64,000 nucleotides of DNA from assembly GCA_964242665.1 (NCBI GenBank), contig CAXTBA010000014.1, forward strand, positions 7,885 through 71,884. Direction: 5' to 3'. Below, piece by piece: positions 28,987 through 38,621 of the stretch. The position numbers and the translations under genes were made by a program. The notes beneath the pieces were generated by a model. It was given only the letters and a program-made list of their open reading frames with translations, was not told where the DNA came from and ran no database searches. Each line of letters starts with the position of its first letter. Position 1 is the stretch's first letter. The stretch comes from an uncultured Hymenobacter sp. (GTDB lineage Bacteria > Bacteroidota > Bacteroidia > Cytophagales > Hymenobacteraceae).

Positions 28987-30261
28987 TTAGCCCGCCACGA
29001 TTACCTGCATGGCGTCTGGCGACAGGTATTCTTGGGCTAGGCGTTGCAGCGTAGCGGCATCGGTGGCCTCAAACTGCTGCACGTATTGGGTATAATAATC
29101 AGCGGGCAGGTTCATCAGCACGATGTTGCGGTATTTGTCGGCTTGCTCGAACACCGTGGACAACTCGTTAGCGAATTTACCCAGAGAATAGTTCTTCACC
29201 GTTTCCAGCTCGTCGGCGGGAATGAACTCCTCTTGCAGGCGACGCAGCTCGTGCTGCACTTCGGCCACCGCCAGCGGGGCGCTGTCGCCGTTCACGTCGG
29301 TGCCAATCATGAAAGCCGTTGCCAGCTCGCGGTTGGTCACGCCGGCCGAAATACCATAAGTCAAGCCCTTGTCTTCGCGGATGTTGCGCATCAGGCGCGA
29401 GCCGAAATAGCCGCCCAGCACCTTGGTCAGCAGGTTCAGGCGGTGCGTGTCGGGGTGGTGCGGGGTGGGCCAGGGCCGTCCAATGCGCAGCGACGCCTGC
29501 AAGCTGCCGGGTACGGCCACGTGGTCGTGGGCGGGCAGAAATGTAGTCAGGGGCAGGAGCGCGGGGGCCCCCGCGGGCGCAACGGTAGCAGCTGGCCCGG
29601 CCCCGAAAGTGTCGGCCACCAGTTGCTGGTGCTCCGCTACGTCGCCGCACAAAAATACTTCGGCCCGGCCCAGCGGGTAGGCGGCTTGGTGGAAAGCCAG
29701 TGCATCGGCGCGGGTCAGGGCCTGGAAGGCGGCTTCGTCGAATAATTGGCCGTAGGGATGGGCGGGCCCGAACAGGTTTTGGTTGAACCGCTCGGAGGCC
29801 CGGTAGCTGGTTTTGCGGCGTTCCACCTGCACGTTTTGCACGGTGCGGGTTTGCAGCTGGGCCAGCTCTTCGGCCGGGAAAGCAGGCTGGGTGAGCACCT
29901 CGTACACGAGCGGCAGCAGCGTGGGCAGGTGCCGCGTGAGGCAATACAGCGTAAGCAAGGCCCGGTCGGGGCTGGCCTCGCACTCCAGCGAGGCCCCGTA
30001 GAATGCTACTTCGTCGGCAATTTGGCGGGCGGTGCGGGTGGCGGTGCCTTCGAGTAGCATCCGGGCCGTGAGCAGGGCCAGGCTGGGCTTGGGCTCGGCG
30101 ATTTTGCCGGCCGGAAGGGCCACTTGCAGGCGCACCACGGGCTGGGCATCGTTGGCCAGCGTGTGCAGGCGGGCGGTGTTGGGCAACACAATAACCTCTG
30201 TGGCCGGCAGGGCTACGCGGGCCAATGGCTGAACGGGAGGGGCAACGGTACGGTCGAGCAT
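28987..30261 (-). CDS. M16 (pitrilysin/insulinase) family protein, non-catalytic subunit
   Basis: LGGYFGSRLMRNIREDKGLTYG; lacks HxxEH (ARMLLEGT). Confidence 0.88.
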   Translation of the reverse strand: MLDRTVAPPVQPLARVALPATEVIVLPNTARLHTLANDAQPVVRLQVALPAGKIAEPKPSLALLTARMLLEGTATRTARQIADEVAFYGASLECEASPDRALLTLYCLTRHLPTLLPLVYEVLTQPAFPAEELAQLQTRTVQNVQVERRKTSYRASERFNQNLFGPAHPYGQLFDEAAFQALTRADALAFHQAAYPLGRAEVFLCGDVAEHQQLVADTFGAGPAATVAPAGAPALLPLTTFLPAHDHVAVPGSLQASLRIGRPWPTPHHPDTHRLNLLTKVLGGYFGSRLMRNIREDKGLTYGISAGVTNRELATAFMIGTDVNGDSAPLAVAEVQHELRRLQEEFIPADELETVKNYSLGKFANELSTVFEQADKYRNIVLMNLPADYYTQYVQQFEATDAATLQRLAQEYLSPDAMQVIVAG

Positions 30262-30320
30262 AGCAGGCGAAAAAATCATAAGTCAATGAAGTAATACTTG
30301 AAAATGCGCTATTTGGAAAA

Positions 30321-30422
30321 GAGTTAAAAGTTAAAAGTGAAGAGTTAAAAAGCTTGCCTTCCCAGCGTGCTTTTTAACTCTTCACTTTTAACTCTTTAAC
30401 TCAAATTTAATTTTTAACTCAA
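30321..30422. repeat. Heptamer inverted repeat (GAGTTAA type)
   Basis: Arm 30321-30353 pairs with 30369-30402 apart from a 1-nt bulge; extra units extend to 30422. Confidence 0.9.
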
Positions 30423-30431
30423 AAAGCTGTG

Positions 30432-31667
30432 CTAGTTATTCTGAGGCGGCGCATCGCCGCTGGTTCCACCCGAATCGCCGCTGAAGGCATCGGCCAGCTT
30501 GTTGAAGTTAAAGTGCAGCGACACCCGGATGGTTTGCGCGAGCGGATTGGCCCGCTCGTTGGGCACGAGGTAGGCCCCGTCGATGCCGAACACTTGGTAG
30601 CGCACGCCCAGGCCGAAGCTCAGGTACTGGCGGTCTCCTTTATCTGGGTGCTCATAGAAATAGCCGACGCGGGCAAATAACAGGTCGTTGTAGGCATATT
30701 CCAAACCCCCCGAAAGGTTGATTTCCCGTAATTCCTCTTTAAAGCCGCCTTGCGCATCCGAAAACGAGCCCAGTGCAGCGCTGATGATGGATTTTTGGGC
30801 TCGGGAATCGTTCTCAGCCTTAATGCGTCTATTCTGGGCATCCAGATCGGCAGGAGAGGAAGTTAGGGGGAGGCGCGTTTCATAATAAGGAGAAGGCACC
30901 AGCAGCTTGCTAGCGTCAAATACCAGCGTAATCTTGTTGTACTGGTCAATCTCCTTAGTCAGGGCCGTGCCCAGCTTCAAGGTGGTGGGCAAGAAGCTGG
31001 CTTGCTGCGGGTTGGTGTAAGTCAGCTTATTACCGATATTGCTGATGGACGCGCCGAAACCCAGATTGTAAAGTCCGGTCCCAATGCTGGCGTCCTTGTT
31101 ATAGTAGGCCCCGACATCCACGGCGGCGGCGTTGCCGGGCTTGGCGTCGGGGATGCTGCTGCCGGTAAGGTTGGAGTGGATGTAGCGAGCCGATACCCCC
31201 AGGCCAAAATTTTCGCTCAATTTCTGACCGTACGATACCGTGAAGGCGTACTCCTTGGGGTTGAACGTAGGGCCCTCGATGTTCTGGTCGTTGCGGTACT
31301 GCACCTGGCCCAGGTCAAAATACAGCAGCGAAGCCGAGACGGCCGAGCGCTCGCCCACTTTGGCGTAGCCCGCCAGGTTGGAAAGGCCCATGTCGTCGGT
31401 GATGCTGCGCAGCCACGGCGAGTACGACGGCGACACCGAGTACTTATACGGCACGAAGCCCAGCTTGCCCGGGTTGTAAAAGGCTCCGTTGGCGTCGGGC
31501 GAGAGGGCCACCCCGGCTTCGCCCAGCGCCGCCGAGCGCGAGTCGGTGCTGAGCGTTAGAATGGGCACGGCCGTGGTAATGGTTTGGGCGTGGGCCACGG
31601 CCGCGCTGCCCAGCAAGGCGGCGAGCAGCGCCAGGCGCTGGGGAGTAGTGTAAGTAGCGAGTTGCAT
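30432..31667 (-). CDS. porV: T9SS outer membrane shuttle PorV
   Basis: ITTAVPIL, DSRSAALGEAGVA, YSPWL, SFSDA.GGFKEEL, NPLAQTIR; directly downstream of porU. Confidence 0.95.
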   Translation of the reverse strand: MQLATYTTPQRLALLAALLGSAAVAHAQTITTAVPILTLSTDSRSAALGEAGVALSPDANGAFYNPGKLGFVPYKYSVSPSYSPWLRSITDDMGLSNLAGYAKVGERSAVSASLLYFDLGQVQYRNDQNIEGPTFNPKEYAFTVSYGQKLSENFGLGVSARYIHSNLTGSSIPDAKPGNAAAVDVGAYYNKDASIGTGLYNLGFGASISNIGNKLTYTNPQQASFLPTTLKLGTALTKEIDQYNKITLVFDASKLLVPSPYYETRLPLTSSPADLDAQNRRIKAENDSRAQKSIISAALGSFSDAQGGFKEELREINLSGGLEYAYNDLLFARVGYFYEHPDKGDRQYLSFGLGVRYQVFGIDGAYLVPNERANPLAQTIRVSLHFNFNKLADAFSGDSGGTSGDAPPQNN

Positions 31668-31715
31668 ATTGAACGAAAGGAACGGGCCAAAGGACCCAGC
31701 CACAAAGGAAGTGGA

Positions 31716-34700
31716 TTAATTAAGGATAACGAGCTTTTCGAATTTGGAAGCAGTGGCACGGTCGCGCTGGGCCCGCACGCTCACCCGGTACACGTACACG
31801 CCCCGCGCCAGCTGGTCGTGGTATTCGTCGCGGCCGTCCCAGGTAATGCTTTTCTGGTGGGGCTCGCTGTTCACAACGGAAGCCGTAAGGGTGCGCACGA
31901 GCTTGCCCGATATTGTAAAGATTTGCACCTGGATGTCGAGGTCATCGCCCTCGCGGTTGTGGTCGAAGTGAAACGTAGTGGAGCTGGCAAACGGATTGGG
32001 GTAGTTCAAAACATGGTCGAGGGCCAGCTGCTCGGTGTGGGCCACCACGAACTCAAGCGCGCGCTCCGTCGAATTATTGTAGGTGTCCCAAGCCTTCACC
32101 TTCAAAGTATGGGGCCCGGCGGCCAAGTCTTTATAAAGATACTTTACCTGCCCGGCCCGGAAATCGTCGACCTTGCCCACATAAGCGTCGTTGAGCACCG
32201 TGAGCTTGGTGGGGTCGTTGTCGAGCACGGCCGTAATCTCGTGGCCAATGCCTGCGCCGGTGGTATTAATGCCCGAGTTGTCGCTTAGGTCGGCCAGCAG
32301 CGTCGCGTTTTGCCCCGTCAGGCCCCCGAAAGCAAAGCTCTCGTTGTCCATAAATAGCGTCACGGTGGGCGGCACAGTGTCGCGGGCCGCGCTTGCGTCG
32401 GCACCGCCCACCGGCAGGGCCAGCCGGCCGGCCGCGTCCACGCCCCGGCCGCTGTCGAAACCATAAAGGCTGACTTTGCCGATGCCCACGCTGTAGTTGA
32501 TGTCCTTCGGCACTACGAAGCGCAAACTGAACTGTCCGTTCGTCACGGTGGCTTGGCCGCTGTAGATCACGCTTTCCTGCACCTGCACTGGCCGGGGGCC
32601 GTCGGCGAGATGGTCGGGGGCCCCGTACTTGTTGCCCAGCGTCAGCACCGTGGCGGGCTTGTCGTAAATCGTCACCTGGGCCGTGCCGTTGAAGCCGGGG
32701 TTTGGGGTCCCGCCGTTCAGCACGCGGCCGTGCAGGCGCACGGGGGCCAGGGCCTGTAAGGTGGCGGGGGCGGCTCCGCCCAACAGGTATTTTTTGTTCA
32801 GGCTGTCGATTTCTATCGTCTGCCGTGGGTAAGCCAGCGTCATGCTGGGGTCGCCGAGCAGGGCGTAGTTGCGGTTGTTGAGCACGCCCGCCAAGCCGGG
32901 GCCGGGGTAGGCGTTCTTGGCCAGCATCGTGACGGTGCCAATGGCCGGCATCTTGCCGCTGGGCAAGGGCCGGAAAACGTTGTCGTAAAAGGCTTGGTTC
33001 AGGCCGGCGTTGTCGTTGGCGGCCACCACGCGGGTGGTCGTAAACAAGCCGATGGCCCCGCCGCCGTTCACGTTGTCGGTCAGCACCTGCTCGCCAGCCG
33101 ACGTAAAATCTGGGTTGTCGTAGGTGCTCAAGTCGCAAGTACCCGTCACCAGAAAGGCCAGCCGGTCGCGGTTTTGCAGCGCCAGCGCGGTGGCGTTCGT
33201 AAAAATCTGGTCGTTCGACAAGCCGCTGGGGCCCCCGTGCCCGAGGTAGTTAATCAGCAGCGAGCCCTGTTCGAACGACTCGTCCACGGCTTTATTCATC
33301 TCGGGCGAGCGCAGGCCAGCCGCCACCGCCACCTGCGGGTAGAGGTCGAGGTATACTTTATGGATGTTGTAGTTGGGATAAGCCGCTTGAATAGTAGCGG
33401 CCTGCGGCTCCGAGCCCTGGCCCACAAACAAATCGTTGTCGCCGTCGTCGGCCCACAGCGTCAGGCGGTTGCGCCACTTGCCGTAGCTGGCAGAAGCATC
33501 GTAGGCAATGAGCTTGTCCACCATCTGGCGGGCCATGTCGGTGTTGGCGGGGCTGCCTTTGGGCGTGCGCACCGGCAGGCGGCCCACGGCAATGTCCTGC
33601 ACTTCAGTGCCGGTGGGGTACTCACTCCACTCGCCTTCGTCGTCGTCGAGCAGCCCGTAGTAATCTTCCGATGAATACGTAACCGTATTGCTGCCGTAAA
33701 ACTGTACCAGCGACTCGCGTGACTCATAGGTCGGCACGTAATTCTGGTTGGCGCGGTCGAAGTCGGCGTCGGCGCGAAACGGGGCCCGGCTGGCCCACCA
33801 CGTCGGCTCGGCGGTTTTGTCGTTGTAAGGGCTTGATTTATAGTCAAAAGAAGCATCTCCAAACAGCAGTAGGTACTGAATCTTGCCGGCCGGGGCCCGG
33901 TCGTACACCTGCTTCATGAAGTCGCGGATGGCCGTCGCGTCCTGCCCGCCCGAGCCAAACTCGTTATATACTTCCCTGGTCGTGGCCACGGCCACCTTCA
34001 GGCCGTCGTGGGTGCGGCGGTGGTCGGCCAACCGGTTGGCCTCGCCGCGGAAAGCCGGATACGTCACAATCACCAAGTCGTAGCTGCCGTCAAGGGCGTG
34101 CAAATCCTGGTTGGGCACCTTGCCAAAGGCGCGGGGCTTGGCAAACGTTCCGTCGGGCTGAAACGCCACGTACTCGCGCAGTGTGTCGGTGGCGGCCACG
34201 AAGGCCCCGGTGCCGTCGAGGGTCTGGGCCACGGCGCGGCGCGGGTTAGTCACGTCCCACACAGCGGTGTTGGCGGTGGTGCCGGACAAGGCGAAGCGGC
34301 TCACCGCGCCGGCCCCCACGCTGGCCAGCGAGCGAAATTCCAGCGCCGGACCGCTCAGCACCAGTTGGCGCTGGGCGTTGATTTCGAGGTAATCGAGGTA
34401 GCCCATGCCCGTGCTGGGCGTGGTGTAGGCCAAGCCGATGCTGAGGGCGGCGGGCGGGGCGGCGGGCAGTGGGGCCGGTAGCGTCACGGTGTTCAGCGTG
34501 GCCACCGCGTAGTACGACCGGCCGTTGGTGGGGGCCAGCGGCGCGCTGCCCAGGGCCGTGCCGTTCAGCGTGGCTTGGAACTGGCTGCCGTCGAGGGCAC
34601 TGGCGGCCAGGGCCAGGGTCACCTGCGCGGTCGAGTTGGGCACCAAGTCGGGAAACTGGCCCAAGGCAAAATCACGCTGCGCCGTCGAGGAAGAAAAAGC

Positions 34701-35723
34701 CTCGCCCAGCCACTGCCGGCCCGAGTGCAGCAGGTTCACCAAATCGTGCTCGTAAAAGGCCCGCTCATCGAACGTGGTAACGGTGCGGTCGGGCCCGGCG
34801 CTGGGGGCCCCCGCCGTGGCCACGCGGCGGGGCGCGTTGGCGGCTGCCTGCGTGGTCAGAAAGTAGTAAGCCGTATCGGAATAAATGTTGTTGACATGAC
34901 GAAACCGACCGTTTTCGGCGTACCAAGTGTGGGGACCGGGCGCGTAGAAGAGTAGGTATTCGTCAGCGTCGAACGCATTGTCTGCGTTGCCCACGAAGCG
35001 CACCGTGTTTTCCGTCAGGTCGTCGGGACGGTAGGCGGCGTTGGCCTGGGGCAGCAAGCCCGTGGCGTTGCCGTAGAGGCGCAGGGCTTTGGGGTCGGTA
35101 GTGGCGGGGTTAAAACCCAGTGATTTGAGCGTAGCCTGGTCGATTTTATAGATGCCGCTCGTAGGTACCCCCAGCTTGTACCAATCGCCAGTGGCCAGCA
35201 CCGAATGGGCGGCGTGAGCGCGGCCCGTACTGCCGCTGCCGCCCCGGGCCCCCGTGGCGCGGGCCGGCTCGGGCGAGTAGCTGAAATCGAACGAAACTAA
35301 GCGCTCGGCCTGGCCGGTTTGCGGGTTGCGGCGCACCGGACGCAGGCTCAGGCGGGTGAGCGGCAGCTTGGCTTCAGTGCCTTGGCTGAGCTGCACCACC
35401 GGCCCTGCCGGCAGCTTGCTGAGGTCGAATAACTTAGCATCGGCCTCCGAAAACGCTTCGTACACCGGGTTCAGCAACTGGCCCTGGCGCACGTCGCCGT
35501 TTAGCCGCAAACTGAAAACGCCTACTTGCTCGTCAAACGCCGCCCAGGCTCCGGCAAAGGTGGGCACCCGCTGCTTGCGCTCGGTGCGGCTGGGCACTTC
35601 GGTGTAACCCCCCCAGCGCACCACGGCGTGGGCCGTAGCCGAGCCGCCACCCTGCGCCCGCACCGGCGATGCCGCCGTCCATCTCAACCCCACAAGCAGC
35701 AGCAAGAGTAAAAAACGACGCAT
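31716..35723 (-). CDS. porU: T9SS sortase PorU (C25 gingipain-like)
   Basis: YNEFGSG, LLFGDASFDYK, NYLGHG, TGTCD, LLGDP, AWDTYNN, NYPNPF CTD. Confidence 0.95.
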   Translation of the reverse strand: MRRFLLLLLLVGLRWTAASPVRAQGGGSATAHAVVRWGGYTEVPSRTERKQRVPTFAGAWAAFDEQVGVFSLRLNGDVRQGQLLNPVYEAFSEADAKLFDLSKLPAGPVVQLSQGTEAKLPLTRLSLRPVRRNPQTGQAERLVSFDFSYSPEPARATGARGGSGSTGRAHAAHSVLATGDWYKLGVPTSGIYKIDQATLKSLGFNPATTDPKALRLYGNATGLLPQANAAYRPDDLTENTVRFVGNADNAFDADEYLLFYAPGPHTWYAENGRFRHVNNIYSDTAYYFLTTQAAANAPRRVATAGAPSAGPDRTVTTFDERAFYEHDLVNLLHSGRQWLGEAFSSSTAQRDFALGQFPDLVPNSTAQVTLALAASALDGSQFQATLNGTALGSAPLAPTNGRSYYAVATLNTVTLPAPLPAAPPAALSIGLAYTTPSTGMGYLDYLEINAQRQLVLSGPALEFRSLASVGAGAVSRFALSGTTANTAVWDVTNPRRAVAQTLDGTGAFVAATDTLREYVAFQPDGTFAKPRAFGKVPNQDLHALDGSYDLVIVTYPAFRGEANRLADHRRTHDGLKVAVATTREVYNEFGSGGQDATAIRDFMKQVYDRAPAGKIQYLLLFGDASFDYKSSPYNDKTAEPTWWASRAPFRADADFDRANQNYVPTYESRESLVQFYGSNTVTYSSEDYYGLLDDDEGEWSEYPTGTEVQDIAVGRLPVRTPKGSPANTDMARQMVDKLIAYDASASYGKWRNRLTLWADDGDNDLFVGQGSEPQAATIQAAYPNYNIHKVYLDLYPQVAVAAGLRSPEMNKAVDESFEQGSLLINYLGHGGPSGLSNDQIFTNATALALQNRDRLAFLVTGTCDLSTYDNPDFTSAGEQVLTDNVNGGGAIGLFTTTRVVAANDNAGLNQAFYDNVFRPLPSGKMPAIGTVTMLAKNAYPGPGLAGVLNNRNYALLGDPSMTLAYPRQTIEIDSLNKKYLLGGAAPATLQALAPVRLHGRVLNGGTPNPGFNGTAQVTIYDKPATVLTLGNKYGAPDHLADGPRPVQVQESVIYSGQATVTNGQFSLRFVVPKDINYSVGIGKVSLYGFDSGRGVDAAGRLALPVGGADASAARDTVPPTVTLFMDNESFAFGGLTGQNATLLADLSDNSGINTTGAGIGHEITAVLDNDPTKLTVLNDAYVGKVDDFRAGQVKYLYKDLAAGPHTLKVKAWDTYNNSTERALEFVVAHTEQLALDHVLNYPNPFASSTTFHFDHNREGDDLDIQVQIFTISGKLVRTLTASVVNSEPHQKSITWDGRDEYHDQLARGVYVYRVSVRAQRDRATASKFEKLVILN

Positions 35724-35855
35724 AGAATGACGGCAAATGGAACCGGGCGTGGCCCGCGTCCGGCCCCAACAAAAGGAGCCAGCGACGGGTTCGGCTCGTG
35801 GCCAGTGCCTTAACTAACGAGGTGAATTTTTATTGCAAAAGAAGACTGGTCCCGC

Positions 35856-36578
35856 TTAGGCTAGCCGCCGCCCCACCGCCGACATGGCAACGTAAAGCAA
35901 CACCACCAGCGGTACGGCCGCCGCGCGTAGCCCTATAATCAAGGCCAGCGCCAACAGCAAAAATACAAACCGCTGCCGGTTATCGGCCCAACCGAAGTTT
36001 TTGAATTTCAAAGCGAACAGCGGCAGTTCGGCCACCAGCAATCCCGACAATAATACGGTGAGGCCCAGCAGCGCCCACGGGTTCAGTATTAACCCCATTA
36101 GCGGCGTTGTCCCGTGGCCGGACGTGCTCAGCCCTTGCGCCAGAATGAGCGGCAGCGAGGCAATTACCAGCGTGCAAGCCGGCGTGGGCAGGCCAATAAA
36201 CGAGTTGGTCTGCCGGGTGTCGTTGTTGAACTTGGCCAGCCGCAAAGCCGAAAATATGGTGACCAAAAATGCTGCGTAGGGCAAGTAAGCCAAGGCCCCC
36301 GGGGCCGGGATTTTTGCGAGCAGCTGAAACAAGACGGCCCCCGGCACCACGCCGAACGACACCATATCGGCCAGCGAGTCGAGGTCTTTGCCGATGGGCG
36401 ACGACACGCGCAGGGCCCTGGCCACCAGCCCGTCGAAGAAATCAGCCACGGCCGCCAAGCCCACGAAATAGGCCCCCACGACCAGGTTGTGCAGGCCGGG
36501 AGCAAAGATGAACGTCAGCGCCAGGCAGCCGCATAGCAGGTTGAGGCAGGTGAGGGCGTTGGGGAGATGCTTTTTCAA
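35856..36578 (-). CDS. pssA: CDP-diacylglycerol--serine O-phosphatidyltransferase
   Basis: PNALT, DFFDGLVAR, GKDLDSLADMVSFG, RLAKFN, FIGLPTP; TTG start. Confidence 0.88.
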   Translation of the reverse strand: MKKHLPNALTCLNLLCGCLALTFIFAPGLHNLVVGAYFVGLAAVADFFDGLVARALRVSSPIGKDLDSLADMVSFGVVPGAVLFQLLAKIPAPGALAYLPYAAFLVTIFSALRLAKFNNDTRQTNSFIGLPTPACTLVIASLPLILAQGLSTSGHGTTPLMGLILNPWALLGLTVLLSGLLVAELPLFALKFKNFGWADNRQRFVFLLLALALIIGLRAAAVPLVVLLYVAMSAVGRRLA

Positions 36579-36599
36579 GACCGGTGAACGAGGATGGTT

Positions 36600-36691
36600 A
36601 GTAGGAACGCGCCACGGCGCGTTCGGCCGTGGAACGTTGGGCTCTTGGGCCGGCCGGGTGGCGGCCGAACGCGCCGTGGCGCTTTCCTACT
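36600..36691. repeat. GTAG-family REP doublet (REPIN-like)
   Basis: GTAG+GAACGCGCC-AC-GGCGCGTTC and an inverted copy ending CTAC; 28/29 complementary. Confidence 0.75.
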
Positions 36692-36693
36692 GT

Positions 36694-37338
36694 TTAATGG
36701 ATTAGAAACGGGTTGCCGCGCCGCTCGATCCCGATGGTGGTAGTGGGGCCGTGGCCGGCGTGGACGACTGTTTCGTCGGGCAACGTCAGCAGCTCGGTTT
36801 CGATGCTGCGCAGTAAAGTGGCGTGGTCGCCGCCGGGCAAGTCCGTGCGCCCGACGCTGTTGCGGAACAGCACGTCGCCGCCGATGAGCTGCCTGCTGGG
36901 CGCATAGTAGAATACGACGTGGCCCGGCGCGTGCCCCGGGGCAAAACGCACCTCCAGCTCGGTGCCGCCGAAGCGCACGGGCTGGCCAGCGACCAAGGCC
37001 CCAGTGGGCTCGGCCGGCTGGTAGGCCCCGAAGCCGTAGGGGCCCGCGTAGGTGGCCACGGCCGCCAGCGTGGGCCGGTCGAGAGCGTGAACCAGCAGGG
37101 GCGTGCCGGGCCAGGTTTTCAGCACAAAAGCGCAGCCCAGCACGTGGTCGATGTGGGCGTGGGTGAGCAGCACGGCGGCCACGTCCAGGCGGTTCTCATC
37201 GATGTAATGCTTCAGTTCGCTTTGCTCGGCGGCGGTGTAGCAGCCGGGGTCTACGATGACGCAGGCGCGGGTAGCCTCGTCGGTGAGCACGTAAGTGTTC
37301 TCGGAAAAACCGTTGAAAGTGAAAGTTTTGATCAGCAT
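36694..37338 (-). CDS. MBL-fold metallo-hydrolase (glyoxalase II-like)
   Basis: THAHIDH, PGHAPGH, GDVLF, GRTDLPGG, GHG. Confidence 0.92.
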   Translation of the reverse strand: MLIKTFTFNGFSENTYVLTDEATRACVIVDPGCYTAAEQSELKHYIDENRLDVAAVLLTHAHIDHVLGCAFVLKTWPGTPLLVHALDRPTLAAVATYAGPYGFGAYQPAEPTGALVAGQPVRFGGTELEVRFAPGHAPGHVVFYYAPSRQLIGGDVLFRNSVGRTDLPGGDHATLLRSIETELLTLPDETVVHAGHGPTTTIGIERRGNPFLIH

Positions 37339-37478
37339 AATGAAAACAAAGGGGAAAAGCCACCGACGGTTGCCGTGCGTTTCAGGCGGTGGGCCCCGGC
37401 CGCCGCCGGCTGGCACAACACGGCAACAAAGTACGGCAGCGGCCCGGCGTTTGGCCCCGGCGGCCTTACCTTGCTGCT

Positions 37479-38570
37479 ATGACGGACTGCGACTTTTTGG
37501 TGGTGGGCCACGGCCTGGCGGGGGCCACCCTGGCCGACGAGCTGCGGCGGCGCGGCCACCACGTGCTGGTGTACGACGCCGCCCGGCCCGACTCGGCCTC
37601 GCGGGTAGCGGCGGGCCTCGTCAACCCCGTGGCCGGCCGGCGCTTCGCCCTGGCCTGGCGCGCCGAAGAGCTGATTCCCTACGCCACGGCCTGCTACCGG
37701 GCGCTGGAAGCCCGCTTAGGCCAGCCGTTTTTCACGGCCGCCCCCATCTTCAAAGTGTTTGGGTCGGCGCAGGAGCAGGCCGATACCGTAGCCCGCGGCG
37801 CGGCGCGGCCCTGGGGCGATTTCGTGGGCGAAATTCTCCTCCACGACCCCGGCCTGCCCGGCGTGCTGGCCCCCCACGGCGGGGCCTGGCTGCGCCACGG
37901 CGGCTACCTGGCCGTGGCCGAACTGCTGGGGGCCCTGGCCGCCGAAGGCACGGCAGCTGGCTGGCTACAGCTCGAAACTTTTGACTGGAAAAAGCTCGTT
38001 AGTACCCCGACCGGAATGGGATTTTTGTACGACGGCACCGTTCGCGCCCGCCAAGTGGTATGCTGCGAGGGATCTGAAGCCGTTCACAATCCGTATTTTA
38101 GCTGGCTGCCCCTCACGCCCAACCAGGGCGAGGTGCTCGATGTTGAATGCGCAGGCCTGGGGGCCGGGCAGGTGCTCAACCGGAGCGCCTACGTAGTACC
38201 GCTGGGGGCAGGGCGTTTTCGCGTGGGGGCCACTTACCGCTGGCCGCCGTTTGCCGACGGCCCCACCGCCGAGGGCCGCGCCGAGCTGGCCGGCCGGCTG
38301 GGGGCCCTCACCGCCGCGCCGTTTGCGGTGGTGGGGCAGCGGGCGGGCGTGCGGCCCGCCGTGCGCGACCGCAAGCCGCTGCTGGGGGCCCACCCGTCGG
38401 TGCCGGGCCTCAGCTTCTGCGGGGGCTACGGCTCGAAGGGCGTGGTGCTAGCTCCACGCCTGGCGGCCCTGATGGCCGACTGGCTCGCCGGCCGGGCCGA
38501 CCTGTGGCCCGAAGTAAGCTTGGCGCGCTACGCGGCGCTGTGGCCCGCGCCGGTGGCAGCGCACGGCTGA
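37479..38570 (+). CDS. FAD-dependent oxidoreductase (DAO family)
   Basis: VGHGLAG, ASRVAAG, AGVRP, GYGSKG. Confidence 0.88.
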   Translation: MTDCDFLVVGHGLAGATLADELRRRGHHVLVYDAARPDSASRVAAGLVNPVAGRRFALAWRAEELIPYATACYRALEARLGQPFFTAAPIFKVFGSAQEQADTVARGAARPWGDFVGEILLHDPGLPGVLAPHGGAWLRHGGYLAVAELLGALAAEGTAAGWLQLETFDWKKLVSTPTGMGFLYDGTVRARQVVCCEGSEAVHNPYFSWLPLTPNQGEVLDVECAGLGAGQVLNRSAYVVPLGAGRFRVGATYRWPPFADGPTAEGRAELAGRLGALTAAPFAVVGQRAGVRPAVRDRKPLLGAHPSVPGLSFCGGYGSKGVVLAPRLAALMADWLAGRADLWPEVSLARYAALWPAPVAAHG

Positions 38571-38621
38571 TTTTTTGCGTTTTACCGCGGACTATTTTCC
38601 GCCTTTGTTCGTTCGCTAACT

